Below are positions 1 to 7,962 of a DNA stretch of 45,191 nt, in pieces. This stretch comes from Alteromonadaceae bacterium (GTDB taxonomy: Bacteria; Pseudomonadota; Gammaproteobacteria; Enterobacterales; Alteromonadaceae): positions 1 to 45,191 of the forward strand of contig DAINNQ010000001.1 of NCBI GenBank assembly GCA_036735825.1, in the 5' to 3' direction. The translations under genes were made by a program, and so were the position numbers. Each line of letters starts with the position of its first letter. The first letter of the stretch is position 1. The notes under the pieces are model-generated. The model was not told the DNA's origin. It ran no database searches and saw only the letters and a program-made list of their open reading frames with translations.

Positions 1-88
1 GTAGCATAGTTTACTCAGTCGAATTTACCCTTTAATCATTTGTAGCCATATTGACACGTAATAAATAAGGCTACGTTAAGAGCCAGAC

Positions 89-1225
89 ATGACACAAAGT
101 GAAGCGCAGTTATTAGCCAATATTGACACTCAATTACATGCATTAGTCAAAGATATTGATATTCTTTCCGCGGTTAAACCGCTTAATTATTTACAAGAAA
201 AAGAACGTTTCTTTGCTAGTAACTTCTCAAACGAACCGGCCTTTGTTTATAAAGAAAACAATATTGATCCTTTTTCGTTAAAACGTAACTTATTCAATTT
301 ACCTTTGGAAAATATCAAAGATCCCGATTTGTATTCTTTATATTTAGCCGTTATTGACTCTTATGTGGATAAGGTTGATCAATATAAATCTATTGGTAGT
401 AGTGAGTTTTTATATGATTCTTTACGTTATTACGGTGAACCTAGCGAAAAAGACATTCACAACGCCCAATTTATTTTGCATTTACCGGATAATACCCTCG
501 ATAAAATAGAAGAAATCGTCAACGCTGATGGCATTGTCACTATTTTGTCGCAAATGGCAGAGCAAGAAAATTATACTTGGGAAATGAAACTCGATGAAAC
601 CATGGTCGCTAATGCACTAGTTTCTGGTACGACAGTGAGAATAAATACTAACGCAAAACTATCGCTTACCGATGCCCAAGCGCTTGCCCATCACGAATTA
701 GGGGTTCATTTAGCAACGTCATTAAATGCACGCCAGCAACCTCTTAGAATTTTATCGTTAGGCTGCCCATTAAATACCATGACCCAAGAAGGTATGGCCA
801 TTTTAAGCGAATACCTTTCTGGCAATATGACCATTCATCGTTTAAAAATATTGGCACTGCGCGTTATTGCTGTTAAGTCGATGATAGAAGATAAAAACTT
901 CCGCACAACCTTCTTATTATTAAAAGAAACTTATCGAGTTCATGATGAGCAGGCTTATACCATTACCGCTAGAGTTTATCGAGGTGGCGGTTACACCAAA
1001 GACTATTTGTACCTAAAAGGCTTTAGTTTAATTTTAAACGCGTATGAACATGAGCAAAACTTTAATCATCTCCTTTCTGGAAAAACATCTTTAGAATTTT
1101 TGCCTGTGATCACACGCTTAATCGACAAAGAGTTATTAATTAAACCTCAATTTATTACCCCTGCTTTTAGAGAGCCTGTGGTTAATGATGCAGTTAATTC
1201 GTTTATCACACACGCGATTCGTTAA
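89..1225 (+). CDS. DUF1704 / QEGLA-motif metallopeptidase-like protein (tyrosine/phenylalanine carboxypeptidase, MATCAP-type domain)
   Basis: 378-aa ORF. It carries an atypical HExxxH putative zinc site (AHHELGVHLATS), followed by TQEGMAILSEY, a variant of the family-defining QEGLA motif. A clean intrinsic terminator follows at 1243-1270. Confidence 0.65.
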   Translation: MTQSEAQLLANIDTQLHALVKDIDILSAVKPLNYLQEKERFFASNFSNEPAFVYKENNIDPFSLKRNLFNLPLENIKDPDLYSLYLAVIDSYVDKVDQYKSIGSSEFLYDSLRYYGEPSEKDIHNAQFILHLPDNTLDKIEEIVNADGIVTILSQMAEQENYTWEMKLDETMVANALVSGTTVRINTNAKLSLTDAQALAHHELGVHLATSLNARQQPLRILSLGCPLNTMTQEGMAILSEYLSGNMTIHRLKILALRVIAVKSMIEDKNFRTTFLLLKETYRVHDEQAYTITARVYRGGGYTKDYLYLKGFSLILNAYEHEQNFNHLLSGKTSLEFLPVITRLIDKELLIKPQFITPAFREPVVNDAVNSFITHAIR

Positions 1226-1242
1226 ATTTATCAGAGCGCATA

Positions 1243-1270
1243 AAAAAGAGCTTCGTTTGAAGCTCTTTTT
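1243..1270 (+). terminator. Rho-independent terminator (potentially bidirectional) after the DUF1704 gene
   Basis: AAAAAGAGCTTC-GTTT-GAAGCTCTTTTT forms a perfect 12-bp stem with a 4-nt loop. It has a T-run on the plus strand and an A-run on its 5' side. It lies 18 nt after the stop codon at 1223-1225. Confidence 0.8.
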
Positions 1271-1302
1271 ATTATGTGTGTTTTAAAAACCTACTAAAAA
1301 AT

Positions 1303-1328
1303 CACCTTGAACCAAGCGGTTCAAGGTG
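1303..1328 (-). terminator. Rho-independent terminator of the aminopeptidase N gene
   Basis: CACCTTGAAC-CAAGCG-GTTCAAGGTG forms a 10-bp perfect stem. Read on the minus strand it is followed by ATTTTTTAG. It lies 5 nt beyond the pepN stop. Confidence 0.75.
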
Positions 1329-1333
1329 CTCAA

Positions 1334-4033
1334 TTAGTTCAGTAACTTTAACGCTTTAACACAGCGACTCACGTTTTCATGAGTGGCTTTTGCTGTTTTA
1401 AGCACTTGAGGTTTCATATCTTTATATTCTTGCACGAGTGTTGCTAATTCAGCTTCACTTTCCGCCGTACATTGACTAGGCATCATAGAGTCAGCAAATG
1501 CACTTAATAAACCTAAATCACTACCTTCATTTAATTTAGGGATATGCGCTAAAATTTTCGCTTTATATGGCGCTTCTAAATGTTGCTGTTCCGCTGGGAA
1601 TAATCCCCACATAATATAGCGCAAAGTCGATAGTTTTAATTTCTCAGGATTATTAACGACCACATCAAACCATTTCGCTTTTACTTGCTCTTCTGGACGA
1701 AGTACTTCTGCATAAATCGCATATTTAACGCCAGTATCAGACGCATCTTTTTGTTTTTCTGCATCAAGTAGTGCCTTGTAGTTACCGTATTGGTAACGAT
1801 TTAAGCGCGCAACCATGCTCCAGCGTTTATCTTGGTCTATGGTTAAGCCATCAAATGATTTTTCACCTTGAAGGATGTTCATTAAGTTTTTTAAATGATT
1901 ATCATTTTTTGATACACCCACATAGCGGCTATACCATAACTTTTGAAAATCAGAACCCGCTTCCGCCTTTTCTAATAAACCTAGGTATAAGTCTTCCACT
2001 TCACGATATAAATCAGAATAATCTTTTTGCTTTAATTGAGTGGCGGTTGATAATGCCGTGGTTAAGCTATCAGCAATTTTTCTCACAACATTATAGTCAG
2101 TTTCATCTTCAATATTGGCAATAGCAAAATGAACAAACTTATCAGCAGGTAATTTGGCATCACGCACACTATCAGCCAAGCTTTGCCATAACATTAAACG
2201 CATCGTAGTATTGTCGATAGCATTAATGTGCTTTTGTACTGAGTCTAACGATTTTTCATCTAAATCAACTTTAACAAAGCCCCAATCCGCTTCATTTGGA
2301 TACACCAAATCTGGACAGGTTTCACCTATGGCATCTTTAACTTCTGTGCTCGCACCTTCGTACATCACAGGAATTGCCGTTGATAAGCTCATGGCATTAT
2401 CAGCATAGTTATATAATCCCACTTGTACGCGTTGTTCACGTAAGGTTGGATAATCTTCCGATGCGCTTTGCTCAATGGTAAATTGACTGATTTTATTATC
2501 GCTACACTGATAATTGACTTTAATGGTATTTAGGCCAGCATTATATAACCAGTCTTGCGTCCATTGTTTCATGTCTTTGCCAGCGGCTTTTCCTAGCTCG
2601 CCAATAAAGTCATCTAATTCCGTATTTTTATAGGAGAATTTCTTCAAATAATTACTAACACCAACACGGAAGTTTTCTTCACCTAAATAATAAGGCAATT
2701 GTTTAAGTACCGACGCACCTTTACCATAAGTAATACCATCAAAATTAGTTAACGCATCACCTGTAGACGGTACAGGTAATTCAATGGCATGAGTGTTTAC
2801 AGAGTCATCACTACGATACGCCCATTGTTTAGTGCCTGAATAAAATACGTCCCACGCGTTATCAAAATCACTTGCTTGGCTAATTTCAAGGTTGGCCATA
2901 TAAGTTGCGAAACTTTCATTCAACCATAAACCGTTCCACCAACGCATGGTCACTAAATTACCAAACCACATATGCGCCATTTCATGGGCAATTACGTTTG
3001 CTAAACTCATTTTGGCTTGCGTTGATTTTTCACCACGCGCTATATAACCTTCATTAAATGTTACTGCAGCAACATTTTCCATCGCGCCAGCATTAAAGTC
3101 AGGCGCTACAATTTGGTCATACTTACCAAACGGGTAACGTACTTCAAAATAATCGTTAAAGAATTTAAAGCTTTGCTTAGTCGGTTTAAACCATTCTTCG
3201 GTTTTAACGTATTGCGCTAAACTTTGACGAGCAAATAAGCGTAATGGAATATCTTCAAATTGATCTTCCCACACCGCGTAATTACCTGCGTGCAATGAGA
3301 AAATATACGATGAAAACTTCGCTGATTCAGGGAAATGCCAAAGGCTGTTTTCACCTTGTTCTTCAAGTTTATTTTCACGAACAGAGGTGATCACTTGCCA
3401 ACCTTTAGGCGCTGTCACTTGCATTGTGTAAGTGGCTTTTAGATCAGGCTGATCAAAATGCGGGAATAAACGGTTAGCGTCATAAGGTTCAAAATCTGTG
3501 TATAAATACACTTCACCATTTTCTGGATCAACAAAACGATGTAAACCCGAGCCGTCGGTAGAATATGGACGTTGATACTCAACAGTTACCCTGTTTTTAC
3601 CTTTGGCAAGTTCAGCCGCAGGCACGGTGATAAACCATTTTTCATAGGTAAAAGACACGGCTTTTCCGTTCACTTTTACGCTACTCACCGTCCCTTCATC
3701 AAAATCAATCGTCAGGTCGTTGACATTATTTTCAATCAGATCAAAATGTAAATCTGTGATCCCTGAAAAGCTTTCGCTTTTATTATCTAAAGTCACTTGT
3801 AAGTTATAGCTAACGTTAGCTACTTGCGCTGCACGCATTTTTGCATAATCTTCATAAAGAGACTCGCTAGATTGGCGTGCCGTAGAAGTTAAAGAGCTAG
3901 GGGCAATGCTTTCTTTTTCTGGGGCCTGTTGCTGTGTAGTGGCGCTTTTTTCACAGGCCGTTAAGCTTATTGCTGAGGCAGCAATAGCTAAGGTCAATGC
4001 CTTACTAAGACGGGATTTGACGATATTCATCAT
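1334..4033 (-). CDS. pepN: M1-family aminopeptidase N, predicted lipoprotein
   Basis: 899-aa ORF with the GAMEN exopeptidase motif (NAGAMENVAAVTF). The gluzincin signature HEMAHMWFGN-x18-E is present (…WLNESFATY). The N-terminus has a lipoprotein-type signal (ISLTAC) followed by a Ser/Gln-rich linker. Confidence 0.9.
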   Translation of the reverse strand: MMNIVKSRLSKALTLAIAASAISLTACEKSATTQQQAPEKESIAPSSLTSTARQSSESLYEDYAKMRAAQVANVSYNLQVTLDNKSESFSGITDLHFDLIENNVNDLTIDFDEGTVSSVKVNGKAVSFTYEKWFITVPAAELAKGKNRVTVEYQRPYSTDGSGLHRFVDPENGEVYLYTDFEPYDANRLFPHFDQPDLKATYTMQVTAPKGWQVITSVRENKLEEQGENSLWHFPESAKFSSYIFSLHAGNYAVWEDQFEDIPLRLFARQSLAQYVKTEEWFKPTKQSFKFFNDYFEVRYPFGKYDQIVAPDFNAGAMENVAAVTFNEGYIARGEKSTQAKMSLANVIAHEMAHMWFGNLVTMRWWNGLWLNESFATYMANLEISQASDFDNAWDVFYSGTKQWAYRSDDSVNTHAIELPVPSTGDALTNFDGITYGKGASVLKQLPYYLGEENFRVGVSNYLKKFSYKNTELDDFIGELGKAAGKDMKQWTQDWLYNAGLNTIKVNYQCSDNKISQFTIEQSASEDYPTLREQRVQVGLYNYADNAMSLSTAIPVMYEGASTEVKDAIGETCPDLVYPNEADWGFVKVDLDEKSLDSVQKHINAIDNTTMRLMLWQSLADSVRDAKLPADKFVHFAIANIEDETDYNVVRKIADSLTTALSTATQLKQKDYSDLYREVEDLYLGLLEKAEAGSDFQKLWYSRYVGVSKNDNHLKNLMNILQGEKSFDGLTIDQDKRWSMVARLNRYQYGNYKALLDAEKQKDASDTGVKYAIYAEVLRPEEQVKAKWFDVVVNNPEKLKLSTLRYIMWGLFPAEQQHLEAPYKAKILAHIPKLNEGSDLGLLSAFADSMMPSQCTAESEAELATLVQEYKDMKPQVLKTAKATHENVSRCVKALKLLN

Positions 4034-4247
4034 AATGTAAACCTTTTAAAAATTATTATATTTTTTGGTGCAATAGTATCTTTGAGACATTAAAGGTAAT
4101 GCCGCAAATAGATGTAATATTTTTGTTAACGGTTATTTATAGCATAGCCTGTAAACTGAGTCAGAAAAATATATCGACTATTTACCAGATATACGATTAA
4201 CCTACTCATTAATCAGATAAATGAATGAATAACTTCATCAAAATTCA

Positions 4248-4265
4248 TTGTTAATCGATTAACAA
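4248..4265. promoter_or_regulatory. Perfect 18-bp palindrome, candidate operator upstream of the alpha/beta-hydrolase gene
   Basis: TTGTTAATCGATTAACAA equals its own reverse complement. It lies 68 nt upstream of the GTG start at 4333, inside the 299-nt divergent intergenic region shared with pepN. Confidence 0.4.
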
Positions 4266-4332
4266 GCTGCCTATAGTAATCACTATGGTAGATATTTTTG
4301 GCCAGCATTATTAGGAAAAAGTAGGACGATAC

Positions 4333-5235
4333 GTGCAAAATAAACAAACAGTCTATCAACAATTTGATTTACCCGCTTTAGAGCGCGAATATTCTCCTAG
4401 TAGCTGCATTGACGACATCATGGTGTTTATTCAGCAATATATAGATTTGAGCCAGCAAGCCTTAAATTTCGCCCAAAATAGTGATAGCGTGATAACCAAT
4501 CTACCTTATGGCGAATCAGTTGATGAAGTATTAGATCTCTTTCTTCCTGTTGATACATCAAATTACAAAAGCAAGTTGCATGTTTATATTCATGGTGGCT
4601 ATTGGCAAGAATTAACCAAAAACGAATCAAGCTTTGCTGCCACAAACTTCCAAGAAAATGGTTATCATTTTGCCGTGCTAAATTACTCATTAGCACCCAA
4701 AGTTTCCTTATCTGAAATTGTTGACCAATGTCGGCAAGCCATTGCTTTTCTTTATCAACAAGCTGAAGAATATGGCTATGATAAGAATGAGATATACCTT
4801 TCTGGCAGTTCTGCTGGCGGGCATTTAGCCATGATGATGGCCTTGACAGATTGGTCGAAATACCTAGCTATTGAAAGCAACATCATTAAAGGTATTTGTG
4901 CCGTAAGTGGTATTTACGATTTAACACCCATTGCACTCACGTATATTAATGAACCGCTTAAACTCTCCTCATTAGAAATTAAAGAAAATAGCCCGTTACT
5001 GCTTAATTTTTCCTGTAAGATTTTAGCTAATTGCCAAATAATTTTAGCTTATGGCGATAATGAAACGAGTGAATTTAAACGACAAACGTTAGCGATAAAA
5101 AGTTATTTTGAACAGCAAGGCTTGATGGCTAGGTTTGCTGAAATAGAATATCGTAATCATTTTAATGTGATATTAGATTTAGCTGAGCCTCAATCATGGC
5201 TCAGCCAAGAAGTTTTTAAGCAGATGCAGACTTAA
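4333..5235 (+). CDS. Alpha/beta-hydrolase (esterase/lipase fold); candidate arylformamidase / kynurenine formamidase
   Basis: 300-aa ORF with a GTG start. It has an HGGYW oxyanion-hole motif and a GSSAGGH nucleophile elbow (GxSxG). This pattern is characteristic of the AFMID/Bna7-type kynurenine formamidases. The specific function is inferred from the otherwise complete kynurenine operon at 19982-27084, which lacks a formamidase. Confidence 0.5.
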   Translation: MQNKQTVYQQFDLPALEREYSPSSCIDDIMVFIQQYIDLSQQALNFAQNSDSVITNLPYGESVDEVLDLFLPVDTSNYKSKLHVYIHGGYWQELTKNESSFAATNFQENGYHFAVLNYSLAPKVSLSEIVDQCRQAIAFLYQQAEEYGYDKNEIYLSGSSAGGHLAMMMALTDWSKYLAIESNIIKGICAVSGIYDLTPIALTYINEPLKLSSLEIKENSPLLLNFSCKILANCQIILAYGDNETSEFKRQTLAIKSYFEQQGLMARFAEIEYRNHFNVILDLAEPQSWLSQEVFKQMQT

Positions 5236-5246
5236 AAAACGCATAA

Positions 5247-6227
5247 TTATTTTAAAAAATTCTTTACTTGCTCGTCTAATTTCTCTTGCCAAGCCGGTGG
5301 CATTTCTTCAAGGATAATATTAAGAAAGTTTAAATTTTCTTTAGTAGGATTGACCTGATAAGCAGTTTTAGCCCATAAGTAACTTTTCGCTAATACTGAA
5401 GACGCCTGATTTTCATCTACCTCTTGCAACTTTACCCAATAAAATGACGCCGTTTTTTCGTATGAGGGAGAATATTTTAATGATGACGATTTTTCCATCA
5501 TCATTAGCGCCTTACCCTGAAGCTCATTTTTATTTTCAACATTTAGCGCAACAGAATAATACAAATTAGCGAGCTTAAAGGCAGCCTCGCCTGAATCATG
5601 CTGAATAGCTTGTTGATACCAATGTTCTGCACTTGCAATATTTTGAAAAGGAGAGCTTAAAACAAATATATCCCCCAGTGTAGTTTGAGCTGAAATTGCA
5701 CTACGTTCGGCGGCAGGAAGACACCAATCTATCGCCTTTTTAATATTTATTTCTTGCCAATGGGTTCCTAAATATAAACGCCCAATGTCACAACTTGCAT
5801 CATAAATACCATTTTCAAAAGCTTTTTTGTACCAATAAATCGGTGTGTTTTTTAGACTTGAGTCTTGTTCATTATTGTTGAAGGTAAATTGCAGATGATT
5901 AATGCAATCCCCCATTTCTTTTTGCGCTTGAGGAATATTAGCGCTTGCCGCTTTATAAAACCAACTGCATGCTTTTTCATTATTTTGCGCGACATTACCC
6001 CATGCTAATTTATAAAATAACCCTACTGTCATTTGAGCTAAGGCATTCTCTTTTTCTGCATATTTCTGAAAAAGCACAAAGGCTTGATCGTATTTCTTCT
6101 CACCCAGTAATTGATGAGCTGGAATTAACTCCTGATTCAAATCACTTGTATTAGCAAATACATTTTGATGTTTGACAATAAAAAACAGCCCTAACAATAA
6201 GAGCTGTTTGAAAAAGTTAAAAGTCAT
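5247..6227 (-). CDS. Sel1-like (TPR-family) repeat protein, exported
   Basis: 326-aa ORF with an N-terminal signal peptide (LLLLGLFFIVKHQNVFA). It has several Sel1-like repeats, for example ALAQMTVGLFYKLAWGNVAQNNEKACSWFYKAA, IYWYKKAFENG and AEHWYQQAIQHDSGEAAFKLANLYY. Its start lies 3 nt after the upstream gene's stop. Confidence 0.65.
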   Translation of the reverse strand: MTFNFFKQLLLLGLFFIVKHQNVFANTSDLNQELIPAHQLLGEKKYDQAFVLFQKYAEKENALAQMTVGLFYKLAWGNVAQNNEKACSWFYKAASANIPQAQKEMGDCINHLQFTFNNNEQDSSLKNTPIYWYKKAFENGIYDASCDIGRLYLGTHWQEINIKKAIDWCLPAAERSAISAQTTLGDIFVLSSPFQNIASAEHWYQQAIQHDSGEAAFKLANLYYSVALNVENKNELQGKALMMMEKSSSLKYSPSYEKTASFYWVKLQEVDENQASSVLAKSYLWAKTAYQVNPTKENLNFLNIILEEMPPAWQEKLDEQVKNFLK

Positions 6228-6230
6228 GTA

Positions 6231-6932
6231 TTAAGACCTTGACGGAAAAAGCCCCTGTAATGCAATAATCCAGTTAACGGCGATATAAGGCATACGATTT
6301 TCATGAGATTGTGATCCGCCATTAGCATTTACTGCTGTAGTTGCTGTTGAAACAACTTGACCCGATAAATTTAAAGAAACTGAATCAGGGTGCATCGCGA
6401 CACTTGGTGCAACACTACTATAAATATTTTGACGATTAGGGCTTTGAGCTAATGCTTTACCCGCAGGGCTATTGCTTGACGAACGTGCATCCACTGAATT
6501 TAAATCCGCAACTCCTTCCACAGTGACATCGTTAGTAACTGTTGTTGTCGCCGTATGATTATGTGAAGGCATTTGATTTACTGTTAAAGTAACAAATTCG
6601 AACCCTCCACGCTGACCTAAACGATAATCAGATAACCCTGGACCACCCCCAGCACCAATTAAGGCGCGACCTCTAGTATCAGGCAAAGCAAACGTTGTTC
6701 GACCATCTCCACCATAAGTTGTTCCTAAAATTGAAAACAATGCCTGATTTTGAGATATGGGTAAAATCTGCCCTTGAGCTAAAGCATATGAACGAGGTGC
6801 AAAATTGCCAGCAAAAACACACATAGTTCCTATCATTGAATCAGAACCACCACACGCAAATGCATTATTCCCTATAAAAACACTTGGTAGTAATGCCAAG
6901 GATACTGCAACTTTTTTTATCATTTTTTTCAT
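6231..6932 (-). CDS. Phage tail collar domain protein (MdpB-like), exported
   Basis: 233-aa ORF with a signal peptide (VAVSLALLPSVFIGNNAFA). The collar-domain core GQILPISQNQALFSILGTTYGGDGRTTFALPDTRGR and the C-terminal HENRMPY-type segment are present. A strong SD (AAGGAG) precedes the ATG. The start lies 2 nt after the upstream stop. Confidence 0.8.
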   Translation of the reverse strand: MKKMIKKVAVSLALLPSVFIGNNAFACGGSDSMIGTMCVFAGNFAPRSYALAQGQILPISQNQALFSILGTTYGGDGRTTFALPDTRGRALIGAGGGPGLSDYRLGQRGGFEFVTLTVNQMPSHNHTATTTVTNDVTVEGVADLNSVDARSSSNSPAGKALAQSPNRQNIYSSVAPSVAMHPDSVSLNLSGQVVSTATTAVNANGGSQSHENRMPYIAVNWIIALQGLFPSRS

Positions 6933-6934
6933 AT

Positions 6935-7744
6935 CTATACTCCTTTAAATTGTGAACGTAAACTAATAACTATTACAGTTAAAAATAACAAGAATGTTGA
7001 TGGTTCTGGTACATTCACTGGCGGTTGACCAACTTGAGTTTGATGGATACCCCGTATTGACAGGCTTGCATTTGAACTCTGCTCTAACAAATCTGATGCG
7101 TTAGAATATCCAAAAAACATATCAATTAAGCCTTCAAAATTTACTACCTCACCCGCCAATAATGTATATGAAAAATCATATTGGCCCTCATCAGTAACCC
7201 GTCCTCCAACATTATTCTGGTCATACGTTCCGTTCTTTTCATTAACAAAATCAGCATCAGAAAGAATATCAGAAAAGAAAAATTCGCTATTCACATCATA
7301 CAAACTGATATTTGAACGAGAATAACCTGTCACTAATGCGCTCACCATATGTGAGAAGCGAAAGCTAAAGTCTATCGTAAACGTATCTGTAGCGTGGTTA
7401 TTTTGAATATCAACACCAAAGTCATACGCGACATTTTGATCAATCGCGGCTAAAGAGCTAATCAATGTGTAAAAATTAATGGTCTGACTTGTATCTGTGA
7501 TGGCAATATTTGAAGTATTACCACCTAAAACGGTTAAATTACCAGGAACACCACCAATACTTGCGCTATTAGCTCCAATAGAAATATTGCCTGAGAAGGT
7601 AGTATCATTTGAAATAAAAATTGGTTGGCCTAATTCAATACTACCTACGATTGATAGATCTGACGAGATGAGAGAAGCCGATACGTTGAATTGAATAATA
7701 AATGTAAAAGCGGTAGAAAATAAAAGTTTTGTAATTTTATTCAT
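6935..7744 (-). CDS. PEP-CTERM sorting-domain protein (exosortase substrate)
   Basis: 269-aa ORF with an N-terminal signal peptide. The C-terminus VPEPSTFLLFLTVIVISLRSQFK matches the PEP motif, then a TM helix, then a basic tail. An SD (AAGGA) lies upstream of the ATG. Confidence 0.75.
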   Translation of the reverse strand: MNKITKLLFSTAFTFIIQFNVSASLISSDLSIVGSIELGQPIFISNDTTFSGNISIGANSASIGGVPGNLTVLGGNTSNIAITDTSQTINFYTLISSLAAIDQNVAYDFGVDIQNNHATDTFTIDFSFRFSHMVSALVTGYSRSNISLYDVNSEFFFSDILSDADFVNEKNGTYDQNNVGGRVTDEGQYDFSYTLLAGEVVNFEGLIDMFFGYSNASDLLEQSSNASLSIRGIHQTQVGQPPVNVPEPSTFLLFLTVIVISLRSQFKGV

Positions 7745-7880
7745 CTGAAATCCTTTTAAATTGTTTGTTGGTTTTAAGCAATCCTTAGGCCATGATTTAA
7801 AAACCTCTACAAATCAGGTGGCTAAAAAACAAACATGCACATAATACATATTTAAACCTGTTTTATGTAAAATTTACTGA

Positions 7881-7936
7881 CACTATTTATTGACAATTAA
7901 AACATAATTCAGTGTTTTAATTGTCAATAAATAGTG
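7881..7936. repeat. Perfect 23-bp inverted repeat (10-nt spacer) between the GH20 gene stop and the PEP-CTERM gene promoter region
   Basis: CACTATTTATTGACAATTAAAAC (7881-7903) is the exact reverse complement of GTTTTAATTGTCAATAAATAGTG (7914-7936). One further A:T pair extends the stem to 24 bp. Each arm contains TTGACA/TGTCAA. Confidence 0.8.
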
Positions 7937-7962
7937 AGTCAACGAGCTTTAGCGTATTCATG

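Noticed and set aside
1771-2408. ORFs of 117 and 84 aa on the plus strand inside the pepN gene
   Set aside because: They are fully antisense to a long ORF with unmistakable M1 peptidase motifs. Their translations are low-complexity or hydrophobic with no recognisable motifs, so they are shadow ORFs. The same reasoning applies to the other embedded antisense ORFs in the track: 4427-4696, 5945-6154, 7497-7694, 8135-8335, 9594-10036, 10516-11100, 12151-12339, 13546-13746, 13935-14216, 15744-16136, 22099-22604, 23976-24293, 25338-26097, 26730-26999, 27870-28103, 29076-29472, 30930-31127, 33278-33466, 35099-35284, 41343-41525 and 44132-44571.
6231-6932. The phage tail collar domain gene as evidence of a prophage or tailocin
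   Set aside because: No other phage genes (capsid, tail tube, baseplate, integrase, lysis) occur anywhere in the window. The protein has a Sec signal peptide and sits in an operon with PEP-CTERM and Sel1 proteins, so it is a cellular MdpB-like protein.
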